In this document: piece by piece, positions 57,794 to 64,000 of the stretch
Layout of the letters: each line of letters starts with the position of its first letter
How positions within the stretch are numbered: position 1 is the first letter of the stretch
DNA from: an uncultured Bacteroidales bacterium
Lineage (GTDB): Bacteria; Bacteroidota; Bacteroidia; Bacteroidales; VadinHA17
NCBI GenBank assembly: GCA_963825165.1
Contig: CAWGRY010000011.1
Coordinates: 8,642 to 72,641, forward strand
Length of the DNA stretch: 64,000 nt
Direction: 5' to 3'
Made by a program: the position numbers and the translations under genes
Notes under the pieces: generated by a model
What the model was told of the DNA's origin: nothing
Database searches by the model: none
Seen by the model: the letters and a program-made list of their open reading frames with translations, nothing else

Positions 57794-60192
57794 ACAAAAA
57801 AGCAAATGAAAAAAACACAAATATGAAAATGACTGAAAGAGTTCTCATGCTCAGAGAACAGAGTCTTAACGCTAAGGAGACCATTACTGCCGAAAGGGCG
57901 CAGCTGATCACCCGCTTTTATGCCAGTGACGAGGCACGCGGATTATCAGCTCCGGTTACCAGGGCACGCGCTTTCGAGTATCTTCTGAGACACAAAGCCA
58001 TATGCATCAATGAGGGTGAGATGATTGTCGGCGAGAGAGGGCCGGCACCGAAGGCGACACCGACCTACCCGGAGATCTGCCTGCATTCGCTGCAGGATCT
58101 TGAAATCCTCGACGGACGCGCAAAAGTGTCGTTTAAGGTCAGTGACGAGGTAAAGCGTGTATATGAAAATGAGATCATTCCTTTCTGGAAGGGGCACAGT
58201 AACCGTGACCGCATCATGGAACGCATGACACCGGAGTGGCTCAATGCCTACAAGGCTGGTATCTTCACCGAGTTCCAGGAACAGAGGGCTCCGGGCCACA
58301 CTGTCCTCGGCTACAAAATGTTTCATACCGGGTTTCTGGATCTCAAGAAAGAAATAACCGAAGCAGCCGCGAAGATTGATTACTTTAATGACCCTGATGC
58401 CTTTGACAGGAGCGAGGAGCTCAGGGCCATGGATATAGCCTGCGATGCAATAATAATGTACGCCGGCAGGCATGCCGATGCTATTGAAAAGCTTGCAGAG
58501 GCAGAGAAGGATAAGAAGCGCGGCGCAGAGCTGACAAAGATGGCAGCGGTCTGCCGCCGTGTGCCTGCTCATGCACCTGAGACCTTCCACGAGATGCTGC
58601 AGCACTACTGGTTTATCCACCTTGGGGTGGTAACAGAGCTTAACCCGTGGGATTCATTTAACCCCGGCCGTCTCGACCAGCACCTGTGGCCTGTTTATAA
58701 AAAGGAGACAGAGGCAGGTACTCTTTCACCCGAAAAAGCTTATGAGCTGCTGGGCTGTTTCTGGGTCAAGTTCAATAACCATCCTTCACCTCCGAAGATG
58801 GGTGTCACGGCACAGGAGAGCAACACCTACACCGACTTCTGTCTTATAAACCTCGGAGGCGTCAAGCCAGATGGCACGGATGCCGTGAACGGGATGTCAT
58901 ATATTCTCCTCGATGTGATCAGGGAGATGCGCATCGTTCAGCCCAGCTCGATGGTTCAGGTGAGCCGCAAAGGTCCTGACGCCTTTATACACAAGACGCT
59001 GGATATTGTCAGAACGGGCTTTGGACAGCCGTCAATATTCAATACCGAGTCAATCATACAGGAGCTACTGAGGCAGGGAAAGAGCCTCGTTGATGCCCGC
59101 AACGGCGGCGCCTCCGGGTGTGTGGAGACAGGAGCCTTCGGAACTGAATGTTACTGGCTGACAGGATATTTTAACCTGGTGAAAATTCTCGAGGTGACAC
59201 TGAACAACGGATTTGACCCCCGCACGGGAGTGCAGCTGGGACCAGAGACAGGTGATCCTTCGCTTTTCGCTTCGTTTGATGAGTTAATGCTCGCCTACAA
59301 AGAGCAGGTGAACCATTTTGCGGATATCAAGGTAAGAGGCAACAATGTCATCGAGAAAACATTTGCCAGTCACCTCCCGGTGCCGTTCCTGTCACTCCTG
59401 CTTGAAGACTGTATTTCCAGCGGGAAAGACTACAATGCCGGAGGAGCGAGATATAACACCACATATATACAGGGTGTGGGACTTGGCAGCATTACCGACA
59501 TCCTTACATCGATAAGATACAATATCTATGAAAAGCGCCGGTTCACATGGGATGAGATGCTTGCCGCTCTGAAGAACAATTTTGAAGGACAGGAGGAGAT
59601 GCAGTACGAAATGATTTACAATACTCCCAAGTACGGTAACGATGATGATTATGCAGATGAGCAGGCTGTGGCGGTGTTTGAAATGTTCTACGATGCAGTC
59701 AACGGCAGGCCTGCTCCGCGCGGAGGAGTTCACCGGATCAATATGCTGCCGACGACATCGCATGTTTATTTCGGGAACGTCACCGGCGCCACGCCTGACG
59801 GCCGAAAAGCGTATGTGCCACTCTCGGAAGGGATCTCACCTTTCCAGGGTGTGGACAGGCAGGGGCCTACTGCAGTGATTAAATCGGCATCAAAGATTGA
59901 TCATCTCAGAACGGGAGGGACACTCCTTAACCAGAAATTCTCACCGGAGTTCTTCGAGGACGAGGGAAGCTATCAGAAACTGACGGCGCTGATAAGGAGC
60001 TATTTCAGCCTTGACGGGCACCACATTCAATTCAATGTGGTCAATGCCGAAACGCTCCGGGAGGCTCAGAAGCATCCTGAGCTTCACCGCGATCTGATAG
60101 TTCGCGTTGCGGGCTACAGCGATTATTTCAATGACCTGGGAGAAGACCTTCAGAATGAGATAATCAGGCGAACGGAGCACAGCGGTTTGTAA
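57790..60192 (+). CDS. Glycyl radical enzyme of the PFL2 / glycerol-dehydratase-like (1,2-eliminase) class; substrate unassigned
   Basis: 800 aa with the C-terminal glycyl-radical motif IVRVAGYSDYF and the active-site loop GGASGCVETGAFG (Cys-x-Glu, as in dehydratase-type GREs). Confidence 0.85.
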   Translation: MNKKANEKNTNMKMTERVLMLREQSLNAKETITAERAQLITRFYASDEARGLSAPVTRARAFEYLLRHKAICINEGEMIVGERGPAPKATPTYPEICLHSLQDLEILDGRAKVSFKVSDEVKRVYENEIIPFWKGHSNRDRIMERMTPEWLNAYKAGIFTEFQEQRAPGHTVLGYKMFHTGFLDLKKEITEAAAKIDYFNDPDAFDRSEELRAMDIACDAIIMYAGRHADAIEKLAEAEKDKKRGAELTKMAAVCRRVPAHAPETFHEMLQHYWFIHLGVVTELNPWDSFNPGRLDQHLWPVYKKETEAGTLSPEKAYELLGCFWVKFNNHPSPPKMGVTAQESNTYTDFCLINLGGVKPDGTDAVNGMSYILLDVIREMRIVQPSSMVQVSRKGPDAFIHKTLDIVRTGFGQPSIFNTESIIQELLRQGKSLVDARNGGASGCVETGAFGTECYWLTGYFNLVKILEVTLNNGFDPRTGVQLGPETGDPSLFASFDELMLAYKEQVNHFADIKVRGNNVIEKTFASHLPVPFLSLLLEDCISSGKDYNAGGARYNTTYIQGVGLGSITDILTSIRYNIYEKRRFTWDEMLAALKNNFEGQEEMQYEMIYNTPKYGNDDDYADEQAVAVFEMFYDAVNGRPAPRGGVHRINMLPTTSHVYFGNVTGATPDGRKAYVPLSEGISPFQGVDRQGPTAVIKSASKIDHLRTGGTLLNQKFSPEFFEDEGSYQKLTALIRSYFSLDGHHIQFNVVNAETLREAQKHPELHRDLIVRVAGYSDYFNDLGEDLQNEIIRRTEHSGL

Positions 60193-60350
60193 GTCAGGTA
60201 CATTTGCCCGGTCATTTCATATGCCCTGCCTGAGATGATAATATTTTTCCGGATTAATTTGACTTTGTCATTAAAATTCAGTATATTTTGTAAAAATTAA
60301 TTCTGCTGTTCCGGTCGTGGCCATGACTTCAGCCGGCGGCAATTAATGCC

Positions 60351-61049
60351 TTGGCCGTGAAGAAGATATTCGATTATTTTGACACACGCTACAGGGCGGA
60401 GATGCTTGGCAGGCCTATTGACCAGACTGGTCCGGTTATAACCATATCACGTCTTACCGGCTGTGACGGGAGGGAAGTCGCAGCAGCCCTTGTGGCGCAG
60501 CTCAATCTCAGGTATAACACAAATAAATGGAGGTGGATCGATAAGGATATCATCTACCATGCTGCCCATGAACTGAAGACTGATACCAACCGGGTGGAGA
60601 CCTATTACCAGGGTATGACAATGAATGATATGTCAGAGATGATTATGGCTTTCTCCGGTTCATTTGTAAGTGACAGTTCGGTGAAGAAGGCTATCAGGGA
60701 GGTGGTTCTTTCAATCGCACGCGAGGGTCATGCGGTGATTATCGGGCGGGGTGGCGTGGCGATAACGCGCGATATGACCAATGCTCTGCATATCAGGCTT
60801 GTGGCACCGTTATACTGGAGGGTGGAAAATGTGATGAAGAAGAAGGGCATGATCATTGAAAAAGCAGAGGAATATGTGATAGAAACAGATGAGAAGAGGA
60901 ATAAGATGATTGTGAGCTTCCTTGACAAGAAGCCGCAGACTCTCGATTATCTCTTTGACTCAACGCTTAACAGAAGCAGTTTTTCGATTGACCAGCTCTC
61001 GGCACTCATACTTGACATGTATGAGTCCAAGCTGGGAAAGATGACATAA
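60351..61049 (+). CDS. Cytidylate-kinase-like family protein (P-loop-like, degenerate)
   Basis: GPVITISRLTGCDGREVAAALVAQL and HAVIIGRGG patterns typical of the cytidylate kinase-like family. The start codon is uncertain: TTG at 60351 or ATG at 60402. Confidence 0.55.
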   Translation: MAVKKIFDYFDTRYRAEMLGRPIDQTGPVITISRLTGCDGREVAAALVAQLNLRYNTNKWRWIDKDIIYHAAHELKTDTNRVETYYQGMTMNDMSEMIMAFSGSFVSDSSVKKAIREVVLSIAREGHAVIIGRGGVAITRDMTNALHIRLVAPLYWRVENVMKKKGMIIEKAEEYVIETDEKRNKMIVSFLDKKPQTLDYLFDSTLNRSSFSIDQLSALILDMYESKLGKMT

Positions 61050-61159
61050 CAGTATTGCCATGCTGTTTTAAGAGTTTGGGCATGGCTGGTTGGTTGATTG
61101 GTGAGGAGGGTAATGAAAGGGCCGGTACCTGAAGAGGACCGGCCCTTTCTTTCGCTGTT

Positions 61160-62467
61160 TCAGAGACAGCAGATCTGCGCAATCCTTTTAATGTGATCGG
61201 AAGTGCGTTTATCAAGTGATTTCATGTACGCATCCCAGTCATCTATCCTGAACTTTGCCACGCCGGTTTCGATGGCAGCCCTGGCAACTGCTGAGGCTAC
61301 ACGGGAGATAAGCCGCGGATCGAGCGGCTTGGGAATGATATAATCGCGGCCAAACTCCAGTTTTTCGAGATCATAGGCTACAAGGACCTCAACAGGAACA
61401 GTCTCTTTTGCAAGCGTTGCAAGGGCCCTCGTGGCCGCCAGTTTCATCTCCTCATTGATGGTGGTTGCCCTTACGTCAAGCGCACCCCTGAAGATGAACG
61501 GAAAACCGAGGACATTGTTTATCTGGTTGGGATAGTCTGATCTTCCCGTTGCAAAGATAAGATCATTGCGGGTCGACATGGCATCTTCATAGCTGATTTC
61601 CGGGTCAGGATTGGCCATGGCGAAGACGACAGGATTGGGGGCCATGGTGTTGAGCATCTCCTTACTCAGCATTTTGGCTACTGAAAGGCCCAGGAAGACG
61701 TCAGCGTCTTTAACTGCCTCTGCCAGTGTGTTGACATCACGGTCAGTAATCCATTCTTTCTTGTATTTGTTAAGGTCAGTCCTTTTTTTATTTATAACTC
61801 CTTTGCTGTCGACCATGACGATGTTTTCCTTTTTTACCCCGAGGGCTACATATAGGCGCGTGCACGAGTTGGCGGCAGCTCCGGCGCCGCAAACGACAAC
61901 CCTTATGTCGGAGATCTTTTTCCCGTTAATATCCAGTGCATTCAGAAGACCTGCAGATGAGATAATGGCAGTCCCGTGCTGGTCATCATGAAACACGGGT
62001 ATATCAAGCATCGCCTTCAGCCTTGTCTCGACCTCAAAACACTCCGGGGCTTTAATATCCTCGAGGTTAATGCCTCCGAAGGTGGGGGCGATCCTGGCAC
62101 ATATCTCGATCAGCTTTTCAGGGTCTTTCTCATCCACCTCGATATCAAATACATCCACATCAGCGAAAACCTTGAAAAGAAGACCCTTGCCCTCCATCAC
62201 GGGTTTACCTGCCAAAGCACCAATATCACCAAGACCGAGCACGGCGGTGCCATTTGAAATCACCGCAACAAGATTGGCCTTTGATGTATACAGATAGGCA
62301 TCCTCAGGATTCTTCTCAATCTCAAGGCAGGGATATGCTACCCCAGGAGTATATGCGAGACCGAGATCATTCTGTGTGCAATAAGGCTTAGTCGGGATAA
62401 CCTCAATCTTACCCCTGCGTCCGCGACTGTGATAAAGGAGCGCGTCTTCTTTCGTGATTTTTGACAT
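61160..62467 (-). CDS. NAD(P)-dependent malic enzyme (short form, no PTA-like domain)
   Basis: [53 protein letters not shown] dinucleotide motif, 435 aa. Confidence 0.85.
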   Translation of the reverse strand: MSKITKEDALLYHSRGRRGKIEVIPTKPYCTQNDLGLAYTPGVAYPCLEIEKNPEDAYLYTSKANLVAVISNGTAVLGLGDIGALAGKPVMEGKGLLFKVFADVDVFDIEVDEKDPEKLIEICARIAPTFGGINLEDIKAPECFEVETRLKAMLDIPVFHDDQHGTAIISSAGLLNALDINGKKISDIRVVVCGAGAAANSCTRLYVALGVKKENIVMVDSKGVINKKRTDLNKYKKEWITDRDVNTLAEAVKDADVFLGLSVAKMLSKEMLNTMAPNPVVFAMANPDPEISYEDAMSTRNDLIFATGRSDYPNQINNVLGFPFIFRGALDVRATTINEEMKLAATRALATLAKETVPVEVLVAYDLEKLEFGRDYIIPKPLDPRLISRVASAVARAAIETGVAKFRIDDWDAYMKSLDKRTSDHIKRIAQICCL

Positions 62468-62682
62468 ATCGGGAAATTTAGTTGATTTTGAATTACTCTG
62501 TGAAAAGGAATTAGTACAACGAATTTAGGGCATTTCTCAGACTACTCCAACTTAATTGTAGAATAATAATCTGAATTCATTTGGCACTAAATTGAAAATT
62601 AGATATTTTAATTGCGGCAAAAAACGGAACGGGCCTGAAACATTACAGATGTGTTCCTGGCTAAACCAACAGACGAAAGGAA

Positions 62683-64000
62683 ATGAGGCACATTGCGGTT
62701 TTAATCATACTGATGGCGCTGTGGTCATGCAAAGGTAAAGAGACAGTGCATCCGAATATTATCTTCATTATGACTGATGATCATGGGTATCAGGCATTGA
62801 GCGCTTACGGAAGCGGGCTCAACTCGACGCCCAATCTTGACCGTATCGGCGATGAAGGAATCATCTTCAGAAACAGCTTCGTATGTAACTCAATCTGTGC
62901 TCCGAGCAGGGCTGCCCTTCTCACCGGCAAGCACAGCCATGCCAATGGTCAGCTCGACAACAGGCAGAGGTTTGACAGCTCCCAGGTGACGTTCCCGAAG
63001 CTACTGCAGGATGCCGGTTATCAGACTGCCCTGATAGGCAAATGGCACCTGAAGAGTGATCCTACAGGCTTCGATTACTGGAATATTCTACCCGGGCAGG
63101 GAAGTTACTATAACCCTGATTTCATTGAAATGGGCCGCACATACCGTGAGAAAGGGTATGCTACCACCATCATCACCGATATGGCTATAGAGTGGCTCAG
63201 CAACAGGGATACCACAAAACCTTTCTGCCTGATGGTGCATCACAAAGCCCCTCACCGCAACTGGATGCCTGATACTGTTGATTTTGACCTGTTCGACGGT
63301 GCTTCCTTCCCGGTACCGGAAACTTTCTTTGATGATTATAAGGGAAGACAGGCTGCCGGGCTGCAGGAGATGAGCATCATGCACGACATGCGCATGTCTT
63401 CCGACCTTAAAATTACAGGCGCTGACGGCGACAGCGTTTCCCAGGCAGAGAAAGACTACCTGTGGTACCTAAATCACAGACTCAGTCCGGATCAGTATAA
63501 AGCATGGGCCGGGGAATATGAAAAAATAAGCCAGGATTACAATGAGCATCCTCTGAGCGGGGATTCGCTTGCCATATACAAACTGAACAGGTATCTGACC
63601 GATTATCTGAGGACCATTCAATCGGTTGACCGCAATACGGGCAGGCTGATGGATTATATTGATGCTTCAGGACTGAAAGACAATACGCTGGTGGTATATA
63701 CCTCAGATCAGGGTTTTTATCTCGGCGAACACGGCTGGTTTGACAAACGCTTCATGTATGAAGAGTCCTTCCGGACCCCTCTCATGATGAGGCTGCCTGC
63801 CGGATATAAGACCAGGGGAGACATAGGTGAGATGGTTCAGAACATTGATCTTGCACCCACTTTTCTTGAAATGGCGGGCGTCACTCCGCCGGAAGCGATG
63901 CAGGGTATTTCGATGGTTCCTCTGCTCAGGGGGGATAACCCGAAGAAATGGCGCGACGCCCTTTACTATCAGTATTATGAGTACCCGGCCGAACATGCCG
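62683..64000 (+). CDS. Sulfatase (formylglycine-dependent), 3' end outside the window; absent from the ORF track because it has no stop in the window
   Basis: Starts MRHIAVLIILMALWSC (lipobox), then IIFIMTDDHGYQALSAYG and the C-A-P-S-R FGly motif (CAPSRAALLTGK). The frame stays open to position 64000 (...YYQYYEYPAEHA). Confidence 0.85.
   Translation, partial: MRHIAVLIILMALWSCKGKETVHPNIIFIMTDDHGYQALSAYGSGLNSTPNLDRIGDEGIIFRNSFVCNSICAPSRAALLTGKHSHANGQLDNRQRFDSSQVTFPKLLQDAGYQTALIGKWHLKSDPTGFDYWNILPGQGSYYNPDFIEMGRTYREKGYATTIITDMAIEWLSNRDTTKPFCLMVHHKAPHRNWMPDTVDFDLFDGASFPVPETFFDDYKGRQAAGLQEMSIMHDMRMSSDLKITGADGDSVSQAEKDYLWYLNHRLSPDQYKAWAGEYEKISQDYNEHPLSGDSLAIYKLNRYLTDYLRTIQSVDRNTGRLMDYIDASGLKDNTLVVYTSDQGFYLGEHGWFDKRFMYEESFRTPLMMRLPAGYKTRGDIGEMVQNIDLAPTFLEMAGVTPPEAMQGISMVPLLRGDNPKKWRDALYYQYYEYPAEHA

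Overview
The window looks like a Bacteroidota chromosome segment, probably from an anaerobe and probably a draft or MAG-quality assembly. Positions 1-19.6 kb are core genes: rplA(partial)-rplJ-rplL-rpoB-rpoC, a DUF3467 gene, kdsC, a UbiA prenyltransferase, maf, an S46 dipeptidyl-peptidase and a 1419-aa double BcrAD/BadFG 'activase' fusion. Positions 19.7-43.3 kb read by eye as lower GC than the flanks. They hold an accessory block of envelope, stress and signalling genes. These include an AsmA/DUF748-like protein, beta-barrel OMPs, an AraC regulator, a kaiC-kaiB-kaiB-PAS-M1 peptidase operon and a run of small stress-type membrane proteins (tail-anchored protein, lmo0937-like, YtxH, holin-X-like, AI-2E transporter). 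They also include an OmpA/glycine-zipper lipoprotein, mlaEFD plus an Omp85-like protein, an M48 peptidase and CheB/CheR-PAS proteins with no kinase output. The main finding is a 64-bp promoter module with identical spacing in all eight copies: GTGAAT-N2-TGTAAn-N15-TGTAAC-N22-AyCTTTG. It sits in front of eight transcription units between 19.7 and 38.8 kb, including the kai operon. I read this as a contiguous regulon, apparently undescribed, that couples a KaiBC timer-like module to envelope and stress genes. Positions 43.4-51 kb carry an L,D-transpeptidase, a 7TMR-DISM histidine kinase with an Fe-S protein, an M3 peptidase and an OadA/PycB-like carboxyltransferase whose biotinyl lysine is replaced by Arg. 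Positions 51.2-55.9 kb form a second low-GC patch. It has a P-type ATPase with a frameshifted 3' end, flanked by small secreted Cys/His/Asp-rich proteins that share a C-terminal WQPPK motif. Positions 56.9-64 kb carry a glycyl-radical enzyme with a short activase, a cytidylate-kinase-like protein, a malic enzyme and a partial sulfatase. Single-base frameshifts in rplJ, in an lmo0937-like gene and in the ATPase 3' end suggest indel errors or local decay. I found no tRNA, rRNA, CRISPR array, integrase or transposase.
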